Source: Lachnospiraceae bacterium (lineage in GTDB: Bacteria; Bacillota; Clostridia; Lachnospirales; Lachnospiraceae). Taken from it: DNA of 64,000 nt. The translations under genes and the position numbers were made by a program. Where the stretch lies: assembly GCA_017518735.1 (NCBI GenBank), contig JAFWTY010000033.1:35165-99164 (forward strand). The letters are read 5' to 3'. This document shows positions 1 through 7,229 of this stretch, in pieces. Below the pieces are notes generated by a model that worked only from the letters and a program-made list of their open reading frames with translations, ran no database searches and had not been told where the DNA came from. The number at the start of each line of letters is the position of its first letter. Position 1 is the first letter of the stretch.

Positions 1-42
1 AGATATGTTCTCATTCTCCGTAAGCTCCTTGTAATTATTTTT

Positions 43-774
43 TTACTGAATGTAACCGATTTCCTTTGCAAGGCTTTCTTCGATGACTACCGTTGCATCA
101 CGATGCAGTCTCATGAAGGTTGCCGGGCAATGAGGATCGATCTTATCCTCGATCAAAAGTTTGGTAGCGGCTTCTTTCTTGTTTCCGCCGATGATCATTA
201 AGAGTGCCTTTGCTCTCATGATGTTGCCCATACCCATGGTAACCGCATGAGTGGGAACCTCTTCCTTGGAAACAAAGAATCTCTTGTTTGCTTCGATGGT
301 GCTGTCTTCCAAAGTTTCTTCGTGTGCACCGTCGTAAAGGGTATCTCCGGGCTCGTTGAATCCGAGATGTCCGTCGGGACCAACACCGAGAACCTGAATC
401 TCAATATCGGTCTTGTCTAAAACTTCGTTGAACTCTTTTAAATTTGCGGCTACGTCGCCGACACCCTTTGCCACATAGGTGTTTGCCTTGTCGATATTGA
501 TATGGTCAAAAAGATTGTCGTTCATGAAGTAGCGATAGCTCTGATCATGAGTGGGCTCAAGGCCTACATACTCGTCTAAGTTAACAGAATGAATCTGTGA
601 AAAATCAAGTCCCTCTTCTTTGCATCTTCTTGCAAGTTCCTTGTACATTCCGACAGGGCTGGATCCGGTTGCAAGACCTAACGTGCAGGTAGGATTCTCG
701 CGAACAATTTTTTCAATAATGTCGGCTGCTTTGGATGCTGCATCTTCGTAGTTTTTTGCTACAATTACTTTCAT
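43..774 (-). CDS. nagB: glucosamine-6-phosphate deaminase
   Basis: ORF 43..822 trimmed to the ATG at 774, which is preceded by GAGAGGG. MKVIVAKNYEDAA..., GLATGSSP, NLDEYVGL and GVGPDGHLGFNEPG are the classic NagB motifs. Confidence 0.9.
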   Translation of the reverse strand: MKVIVAKNYEDAASKAADIIEKIVRENPTCTLGLATGSSPVGMYKELARRCKEEGLDFSQIHSVNLDEYVGLEPTHDQSYRYFMNDNLFDHINIDKANTYVAKGVGDVAANLKEFNEVLDKTDIEIQVLGVGPDGHLGFNEPGDTLYDGAHEETLEDSTIEANKRFFVSKEEVPTHAVTMGMGNIMRAKALLMIIGGNKKEAATKLLIEDKIDPHCPATFMRLHRDATVVIEESLAKEIGYIQ

Positions 775-837
775 GTTTTTCCCTCTCTTTTTTGTTTGAT
801 TTGGTTTGTGAAAACTCCCCATTAAAACTCTTTTTTC

Positions 838-860
838 AGGTCTTGAAAATGCACAGACCT
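838..860 (-). promoter_or_regulatory. inverted repeat AGGTCT-N11-AGACCT just downstream of the predicted nagB -10 box (candidate operator or 5' leader hairpin)
   Basis: Perfect 6-bp arms at 838-843 and 855-860. The half-sites match the GGTCT/AGACC core of GntR/HutC (NagR/DasR-type) operators, but here they are split by 11 nt. Confidence 0.3.
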
Positions 861-870
861 AATCCAATAT

Positions 871-899
871 ATAATACCATATTTCTCGTGATTTTACAA
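871..899 (-). promoter_or_regulatory. sigma-A type promoter for nagB
   Basis: Minus strand reads TTGTAA (894-899), 17 nt, TATTAT (871-876). Confidence 0.5.
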
Positions 900-946
900 A
901 GAAAAACAGACATTTCCGCTTTATGGAACGGAAATGTCTGTTTTTT
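897..946 (-). terminator. Rho-independent terminator closing the 5994..921 gene string
   Basis: 14-bp perfect stem AACAGACATTTCCG / CGGAAATGTCTGTT (905-918 and 929-942) flanked by A/T runs on both sides. The stop codon of the 921..1700 ORF sits in the loop. Confidence 0.8.
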
Positions 947-1700
947 GATCAAAATAGAGCAAATACTGCTTTGTACTGTACACCAGATGATAGTCGTAAT
1001 CTTCCAAATCTCCGTCAACTACATGGTCTTTATTCAGCACCACGTAATGACACCCGTTTTCACGAAGAAGACTTGCCAGGTTCCCGGCATCCGAAACATC
1101 TTTAAACATTTCTTCCGACAGATCATCGGTAAATCGCCAACGTTCCACCAGCGTCTCATATCCGTATGGCAGGACTACGTAAGCGGTATACTGTCTTACA
1201 TACTGTGTCAGTTCAAACGGGAAAGCACATTCCACTTCCCTTCCCGGGACGATCATGTAATCGCATAGATCAATCACATCCTGCGGAATCTGGTACACGT
1301 TTTCGGCAGGTACCATGACCGGCGACTGATAACCCGGATTTCCTCCGATTGCCACACAGACCATAGCCACCGTGCATAAGATGAATTTCAGAACCTTATA
1401 CTTGATTTTGCTTAGGAATAGTATGGTTGCGTACGCGCTTACGGTCGTCATCGGAATCAGCCAGAGGAAGCGGTAAAATGTTTCCGTTTCTCCTGCTTTT
1501 TCGCAAATGATATAGGGCGTAAAAGGAATAAAGAACAGCATAATCGCCGCAATCGGATATACCGTCAGTACACTTCTGTTTCCCTTATCCTTCTCCCTGG
1601 CAAGCAAATATACCAGCGCAACCAGAAAATACAGTGTTAATAGTCCGTTCCCTGCATATGCCAGAACGGTTTGTGTCGATTGTTTTAACAAATCTCCCAT
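921..1700 (-). CDS. membrane protein with about 4-5 TM segments plus a C-terminal soluble domain; in the same reading frame as 1710..2747
   Basis: ATG at 1700 preceded by GGAGG. Hydrophobic N-terminal half. The C-terminal tail (LLRENGCHYVVLNKD...QYLLYFDQ) resembles the tail of the 600-aa protein at 8703..10505. Confidence 0.6.
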   Translation of the reverse strand: MGDLLKQSTQTVLAYAGNGLLTLYFLVALVYLLAREKDKGNRSVLTVYPIAAIMLFFIPFTPYIICEKAGETETFYRFLWLIPMTTVSAYATILFLSKIKYKVLKFILCTVAMVCVAIGGNPGYQSPVMVPAENVYQIPQDVIDLCDYMIVPGREVECAFPFELTQYVRQYTAYVVLPYGYETLVERWRFTDDLSEEMFKDVSDAGNLASLLRENGCHYVVLNKDHVVDGDLEDYDYHLVYSTKQYLLYFDQKTDISVP

Positions 1701-1709
1701 TCCGGCCTC

Positions 1710-2747
1710 CTATAACAGTAACAAGAATATGACGCCTATAGCCAGCGTTGGTATCGAAGCTATCAGTGTCGTAAGTAAAATGGACCATTTTTTGCGATAG
1801 ATGGAAAGAATGATTGCACCCAAAAAGAGCATTGGCGGCAACAGCATCAATCCCGTAGTTGCCATGGCAACGGACGACAGCATTGTAATCCCTGCCGCGA
1901 TTCCGTAAAACAGCCTTTTTTCTTTCCACATTTTTCCCGTTTCTTCTTTTTTGCTCAACAAAAGAAGCAAATAGAAGGCAAAGGGAATACAGATATTTGC
2001 AATTACACTCTTACCCTGCCACGTTCTGGTAATCAAAAACGTTCCCGGGGTGTAAAGCGAATAGTTTCCGAAAACATCAAAAACGCAGACCATGCACGCA
2101 AAAAGGGACGCCTTTTTATCTTCATCCACAAATAATACTTTTCCGACGTTGCAAAAAACCACATAATGCAAAATCAGCATCAGGTCCGCAAAGACAATGT
2201 GTGCCGTGATTGCCGGATGGAGTTTGATACTGTTGGACAAAAACGCCAGATAAACCCCTCCGGGGGACAAGGCATGGCGGATATCCAAGCCTGTATGAAT
2301 GCCCTTGTAAGGATCCAGCACATACATGTAGTTTCCGTAATAGGTATTTACGGCCGTACCGAGGAAAAATGCATCATCGCCGTCCGTAACGCCCTGGAAC
2401 CATCTTGCAACACACTGGATTACGACAAGCAGAACAAAAACGATAAAGAAGACGTTCCACTTCGGGAAGGATATGCTCTTTACTTCCGGCGCTCCGATGA
2501 TTGCAGAAATCAAAGAAAGAAGTCCGACCGTAATGCGGAAAATCAAACACAACGTCTGAAACCTCATTTCAACAAAAAGAGCCGGGAGATATTCACACTC
2601 GAACAAGGCCATCATAAGAAGACAGCCCAGTGCAAAAATCATTCCCGGCGAACGATATTTTTTTGGTAGTAATCTACAAGGGAGAATCCCCAGGCCGAAT
2701 GGAACTAAAATCAGCCAGAGGATTCCCAAAATAATCGTTAAAATCAT
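1710..2747 (-). CDS. polytopic membrane protein, GT-C-like N-terminal module
   Basis: 345 aa, almost entirely hydrophobic segments, with loop motif GVTDGDDAFFLGTAV...DPYKG. Ends at a TAG 9 nt upstream of, and in frame with, the 921..1700 ORF. Confidence 0.6.
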   Translation of the reverse strand: MILTIILGILWLILVPFGLGILPCRLLPKKYRSPGMIFALGCLLMMALFECEYLPALFVEMRFQTLCLIFRITVGLLSLISAIIGAPEVKSISFPKWNVFFIVFVLLVVIQCVARWFQGVTDGDDAFFLGTAVNTYYGNYMYVLDPYKGIHTGLDIRHALSPGGVYLAFLSNSIKLHPAITAHIVFADLMLILHYVVFCNVGKVLFVDEDKKASLFACMVCVFDVFGNYSLYTPGTFLITRTWQGKSVIANICIPFAFYLLLLLSKKEETGKMWKEKRLFYGIAAGITMLSSVAMATTGLMLLPPMLFLGAIILSIYRKKWSILLTTLIASIPTLAIGVIFLLLL

Positions 2748-2750
2748 GAT

Positions 2751-5700
2751 TTAATATCCAAGATAACTTGTGTTTATATCTACGTTTCCGCTGATACCGT
2801 TTATTCGTCCCGTATTGGAACTCTGCCACAATTCATACTTGCCCTTATAGTCTGTCTGTGAGCAGTAATGAGCAAGCCAGATCTTGTAATTGTTCAACTC
2901 TGCAGCATTCAGATTGTTGTAATACCAGGACTTGGATGCATATACACCCGGGGTATATCCTGCAGACTTGATGGTTTCGCAGAATGCCTTACATACAGCA
3001 GTTCTGGTTGTCTTGTCCAGCTTATCCGCTCTTCCGTTGTGGTTTGCAGCACCATACTCACTGTCGATGAAGATCGGATAGGAAATCTTGTGCTGTTTTG
3101 CCATTGCAATTGCCATGGACGCCTCTTCTACGGCCTCTCTTTCGTTGATAGCCTGTGAGAAGAAGTATACGCCAACCTTTAATCCTGCTGCCTCAGCGCC
3201 GGATGCGTAGGTATGGAATTTGGAGTCTTCGATCAGACCACCCTGTGTATATCCTCTGTATCCGCAGCGGATGATAACGAAAGAAACGCCGGAGTTCTTT
3301 ACTGCCGTCCAGTTGATGTTTCCGTTCCAGCTGCTGACATCGATACCCATCATGCCACCGCCCATGGAGAGGCTACCGTCGTTTGCAAAATTGTACTTCA
3401 CACCGCCGATTACCTGCTCGCCGGTAACGTAGTTGCCGTCTGCCTTGTAATACAGAGTCTTTCCACCAATTGTCTGCCATCCGGTATAGATGGTTTTCTT
3501 GAGGTAGAATACGGTGAACTTAAAGTAATCTGCAGATTTAGCTTCTCTGTAGTTCTCGCCGTCTTTTACATATAAAGCATTGCCATTCTTATCTTTCAGC
3601 GGAGTAGTAGTATCCGTTGCTGCCGAATTAGCCTTTACGGTAATGGTGCATGTTGCTTCGAGAGGCTTTCCGTCCGGTCCGTTTGTTTTTGTGGTAGCGG
3701 TAATATTTACCGTTCCTTCCTTAATACCGGTGATAAGACCTGTTTTTTCATCAACAGTGGCAATTGTTGCATCTGCTGTTTTCCAGGTAACTGTCTTATC
3801 CACATTTTCACCTTCTGTTGTAATAGCAACTTCAGGTGTGTAAGTTCCGTTAATAAAGATATCTTTCTTGGTTTCCTTTAATGCAAACGTCTTGATAATG
3901 CCTGCTTTGGCAACTACCGTAATCGTACATGTAGCGGTCTTTGCATTTCCGTCTGCATCTTTTCCTTCTGTCGTGCAGGTAATTGTAGCAGTACCTACCT
4001 TCAGAGCTTTTACCTTACCATCAGTACCCACGGTTGCTATGGTAGCGTCGGATGTTGTCCAGGTTACTGTCTTGCTGGCATTTCCGTCCACATCGACGGT
4101 TGCCGTCAATTGCAGTTCTGCATCCACCGCAAGTTCTTTTGAAGTATCACTCAATGTTAATGTTTTTACATAATCAGTCTTGGGCTGTTCTGCCGCTGTT
4201 ACCGTAATGCTGCAAGTAGCGCTCTTGGTATCGTCTTCTTTTGATTTGCAGGTAATAACAGCGGTTCCTTCCTTGACAGCGGTAACCACGCCACCCGAAA
4301 CGGTAGCTACAGATTCATCGGAAGAAGACCATTCCACATCTTTCGAAGCTTCTTCTGAAGCATCCACAGTAGCAGAAATTGTTCCAGTCTCACCGACTTT
4401 CAGTTCCATGGAAGCAGGTGTAAGCGTGATGCCGTTTACCGTACCTTCTGCACTTAAGGCCTTCTTCTCAGACGTAATCTTTGCCTGCTTCGGAGTAGGA
4501 TCAACTACATCTGTTTTTGCCACTTCCTGGTATGCTGTCTTCGTGCTGGAATCTACCCACGCAACGGTATCCTGAAGTTTTACGCCTTCGTCGATTTCCT
4601 TGGTCTTGTCATCTTCCTGAGCAACATTGATTTCGGATTCTTTCTTAATCTCGTTTACAATGTTAATTGCGGTATAGGAAATCTTCTCCTTAACCGTTAC
4701 CTCGGTTTCCTGATCAGGGAACTTGTATTTATCAACGTTTACAATCTTAACCAAATATTTACCGGGCTTGATATTCTCCTGGTAAATAATACCGTCTTTA
4801 TCTGTGTCTTCCCAGGTAACTTCCTTGTTATCGGGAGTTTTTGCTTCCACCTTAAACAGAACGCCCTTAATCAAAGCATCCGTCGTTTTATTGGAAAACT
4901 TAATCTTTAAGTCTTTTTCAATCGAAACAAAATTAACGGAGATTTCCTCGGTTGCAGCTACGGTCGGATCGTCTTCCACCGTAACGCTTTCAATCGTAGT
5001 GGTTGCCTTATCCGCTACAATGTTATCAATACCGGTTTGTCCGATACCGCCGAGAGATGCAATCTTCTCGCCTACTACCGCCAGTTCAGCAGCCTTGGCA
5101 TTCTGTTTTGATTTCTTCATGAAAACAGAAAGAACGATGGCAACAACAATCAGCGCAACAACACCACCGCCGATTAATACCCAGTCCATAATTCCGAATT
5201 TACGTTTCTCAGAACGGGAGTTTACACCCCTTGAAGAGCTTCCCTTTGCACCCTGAACATGGATTTCATGACCGGAATGACTCTTGGAGGAATGTGATCC
5301 GCTGTGGTTCGATCTATGGTTTGCGCTGTGGTTTCCGCTATGGCTTCCGTTCGAAGAACGATGCTCTCCGGAATGGCCCTGAGGCCTCTTTCTCTCACCG
5401 GATGCTTCATGATGTGAATGTTCCTTCGGGCGTCTTTCTCTCTTAACATCTTCGTCGTGATAAGAAAGATCTCCCAGCTCATCAAGATCTCTTTTGCTTA
5501 CAGGCACATCTTCCGTCAACTCATCTTCCGGCAGAATGGCATCTGTTCCTTTTGTCGCAACAATTGCTGCTTCTGCTTCGGTCTCTGCCAAATCCAATTC
5601 GTCCTCTACCGATTCAACTTCTTCAGGTTCTTCGGCTTCTTTAACAAGCTCTTTTGCTTCCTTTTCCTCTTTCTCAAAGGCCTCAAGTTCCGCGATTGCT

Positions 5701-5966
5701 TCTTTTGATTCTTCGCTGAGTTCCGGCATTGATCCGGTCTCGTCTTCCGGAAGAAGAGGTAAATCGGCAAGAACTCCCACATTTCCTTTATGAGGGATTT
5801 TTTCCATTACCTTTGTATTGTCATCATCGTACAATTCCATCTCTTCCGTTCCGGCGGAACTTTTTGAAATAGATTTCACGCTTTCCGCAAGAGACCCGGT
5901 ATCCACTTCAACCGGCATTTCAATCTCTTTTGAAAAATCAAATTCTTTCTTTTCGCCTGTACTCAT
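2751..5966 (-). CDS. membrane-anchored multidomain GH25 muramidase (cytoplasmic acidic/His-Ser-rich region, TM, Cna-B-like domain, 3x Big_2, cell-wall-binding repeats, GH25)
   Basis: SD AAGGGAG before the ATG at 5966. The last 198 aa (2754..3347) read GIDVSSWNGNINW...VIIRCGYRG...VYFFSQA...DINTSYLGY, which is a GH25 lysozyme signature. GWQTIGGKTLYYKADGNYVTGEQVIGGVKYNF is a choline-binding-type repeat. Three TVTW(T/K)TSDATIATV...TATCTITV Ig-like repeats. Single TM at aa 260-282. Confidence 0.85.
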   Translation of the reverse strand: MSTGEKKEFDFSKEIEMPVEVDTGSLAESVKSISKSSAGTEEMELYDDDNTKVMEKIPHKGNVGVLADLPLLPEDETGSMPELSEESKEAIAELEAFEKEEKEAKELVKEAEEPEEVESVEDELDLAETEAEAAIVATKGTDAILPEDELTEDVPVSKRDLDELGDLSYHDEDVKRERRPKEHSHHEASGERKRPQGHSGEHRSSNGSHSGNHSANHRSNHSGSHSSKSHSGHEIHVQGAKGSSSRGVNSRSEKRKFGIMDWVLIGGGVVALIVVAIVLSVFMKKSKQNAKAAELAVVGEKIASLGGIGQTGIDNIVADKATTTIESVTVEDDPTVAATEEISVNFVSIEKDLKIKFSNKTTDALIKGVLFKVEAKTPDNKEVTWEDTDKDGIIYQENIKPGKYLVKIVNVDKYKFPDQETEVTVKEKISYTAINIVNEIKKESEINVAQEDDKTKEIDEGVKLQDTVAWVDSSTKTAYQEVAKTDVVDPTPKQAKITSEKKALSAEGTVNGITLTPASMELKVGETGTISATVDASEEASKDVEWSSSDESVATVSGGVVTAVKEGTAVITCKSKEDDTKSATCSITVTAAEQPKTDYVKTLTLSDTSKELAVDAELQLTATVDVDGNASKTVTWTTSDATIATVGTDGKVKALKVGTATITCTTEGKDADGNAKTATCTITVVAKAGIIKTFALKETKKDIFINGTYTPEVAITTEGENVDKTVTWKTADATIATVDEKTGLITGIKEGTVNITATTKTNGPDGKPLEATCTITVKANSAATDTTTPLKDKNGNALYVKDGENYREAKSADYFKFTVFYLKKTIYTGWQTIGGKTLYYKADGNYVTGEQVIGGVKYNFANDGSLSMGGGMMGIDVSSWNGNINWTAVKNSGVSFVIIRCGYRGYTQGGLIEDSKFHTYASGAEAAGLKVGVYFFSQAINEREAVEEASMAIAMAKQHKISYPIFIDSEYGAANHNGRADKLDKTTRTAVCKAFCETIKSAGYTPGVYASKSWYYNNLNAAELNNYKIWLAHYCSQTDYKGKYELWQSSNTGRINGISGNVDINTSYLGY
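3633..4436 (-). repeat. three diverged tandem coding repeats (Big_2 Ig-like domains) inside the GH25 gene
   Basis: Protein repeats at aa 511-589, 600-685 and 692-778, each ending in ...(A)TC(S/T)ITV. The period is roughly 270-285 bp at the DNA level. Confidence 0.75.
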
Positions 5967-5993
5967 GTTTTCTCCCTTTCGTACAAATCAGAT

Positions 5994-7085
5994 TTATTGT
6001 TTTTCTTCCGACTCAATAACTCTTAAAAATCTCTTTATAATATGCGCCGCTATCATTTTCTTGCCTTCCTGATTCGGCACCACATCATCCTTCGTCAAAT
6101 ACTGTGCAGCTGTTTCGCTGTTGATGTTTACACCAAAATAATCATCAATGTAGCAGTAGCCGTATTCCGCAGTCTTATCTCTCAAAAACATAATATTGTC
6201 GGTCAACGTCAAACCGTTAATCTTATACAGATTGGCGTCAACACGGTTTCCGCTCTCATCTCTCGCATAACAGAAGCAGGGAGCTACGTAAATAACCTGC
6301 AATTCCGGATAGAGATACGTATGCTTTTCGTTAAAACCGTAAATAACACCATTCGTACAATCTACACTGTAAAGTTCTTCTCCTACGGGCGGATAACCCT
6401 TCAGATAGTCATGTCCGTCATAGCAAACCAGTACGAAGTCGATATCGTTGAAATCCAATGATTCCAAGGTCTTTAAGTGTTCTCTGTACATTGCGGTATT
6501 GATGCCTTCAATCCGATCAATACGTTCCCACTGTTCGCTTAAATCATGGTTCTTCGCACTGTCAAAAAGCCAGAAAAACGAAAAATAGTCCAATGAAATA
6601 TCCGAAACACTCGGGTTTCTCGGATCCGAAGATACCATAGTTGATCCGGGGAATGTACAGTCGTAAATCGTGGCTGTTGTATTCTCCTGAAGAAGCTTGC
6701 ATACGCTCGGTCCATCCGAATCATCTCCAAATGTATCGTTTCCGAAAATGACAATCTTTGTGATTCCGTCATCATTTGTTCTGATCATGGAAAGCGGCAT
6801 GAGCAGAACTCTGTCATCCGTTTCGGATTCCGTATCAAGCGATGTATCGATATAGAACTCTCCGCTCCCTTCCCAGTGCTTCGCCAGGAAAATAATCAAT
6901 CCGATCACAACCAGAATCAATGCTGCAACCGAAAGGATAACAATCGGCGGTTTCGCCTTTATTTTCTTCTTTTTCGGCTTCTTTTCGGAGTCTTCTTTTT
7001 CTGTTGTTTTCACCTCATCAGCAGTTTCGGTATCCGTTGTTTCTTCCTCAATCTGCTGCTTGGTTTCTTTATTTTCTTCTTCCAT
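5994..7085 (-). CDS. membrane-anchored SGNH-fold paralog with substituted catalytic residues (predicted pseudoenzyme)
   Basis: ORF 5994..7091 starts at a GTG. The ATG at 7085 has the AAGGA SD at better spacing. Acidic N-terminus, KKPKKKKIKAK, TM. It aligns by eye block-for-block with the SGNH protein at 16115..17002, but GDS becomes GND, GMND becomes DGHD and DGMH becomes DDVV. Confidence 0.6.
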   Translation of the reverse strand: MEEENKETKQQIEEETTDTETADEVKTTEKEDSEKKPKKKKIKAKPPIVILSVAALILVVIGLIIFLAKHWEGSGEFYIDTSLDTESETDDRVLLMPLSMIRTNDDGITKIVIFGNDTFGDDSDGPSVCKLLQENTTATIYDCTFPGSTMVSSDPRNPSVSDISLDYFSFFWLFDSAKNHDLSEQWERIDRIEGINTAMYREHLKTLESLDFNDIDFVLVCYDGHDYLKGYPPVGEELYSVDCTNGVIYGFNEKHTYLYPELQVIYVAPCFCYARDESGNRVDANLYKINGLTLTDNIMFLRDKTAEYGYCYIDDYFGVNINSETAAQYLTKDDVVPNQEGKKMIAAHIIKRFLRVIESEEKQ

Positions 7086-7124
7086 TATCACTCTTCCTTA
7101 AGTCATATTTATGTCAACTATAAC

Positions 7125-7153
7125 AGTTTACCACAAACCGATGAAAAATTCAA
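7125..7153 (-). promoter_or_regulatory. candidate sigma-A promoter for the 5994..921 gene string
   Basis: Minus strand reads TTGAAT (7148-7153), 17 nt, TGgTAAACT extended -10 (7125-7130). Confidence 0.4.
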
Positions 7154-7193
7154 ATCTTTCACTCAATTTCATACAGGTTTTCCAAGCTGTTAC

Positions 7194-7223
7194 TTGTAAG
7201 CGTATTCTTTTTCATGATATAGT
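7194..7223 (+). promoter_or_regulatory. candidate sigma-A promoter placing the TSS at or next to the ATG of 7230..8753 (leaderless candidate)
   Basis: TTGTAA (7194-7199), 18 nt, TGaTATAGT (7215-7223). The ATG at 7230 lies 7 nt after the -10 box and no SD is visible. Confidence 0.35.
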
Positions 7224-7229
7224 ATTTTC

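Noticed and set aside
1701-1712. Reading the in-frame TAG at 1710-1712 as pyrrolysine or programmed recoding.
   Set aside because: TAG is used as an ordinary stop by at least eight other genes in the window (for example at 12624, 16115, 25190, 33305, 35191, 53335, 62968 and 63641). No pyl genes or PYLIS-like context are visible. A nonsense mutation or a natural gene split is more parsimonious.
3633-4436. Periodic ~280-bp similarity that could be mistaken for a DNA repeat array or CRISPR-like structure.
   Set aside because: The repeats are diverged, in frame, and encode three Big_2 Ig-like domains of the GH25 protein. There is no short direct-repeat and spacer organisation.
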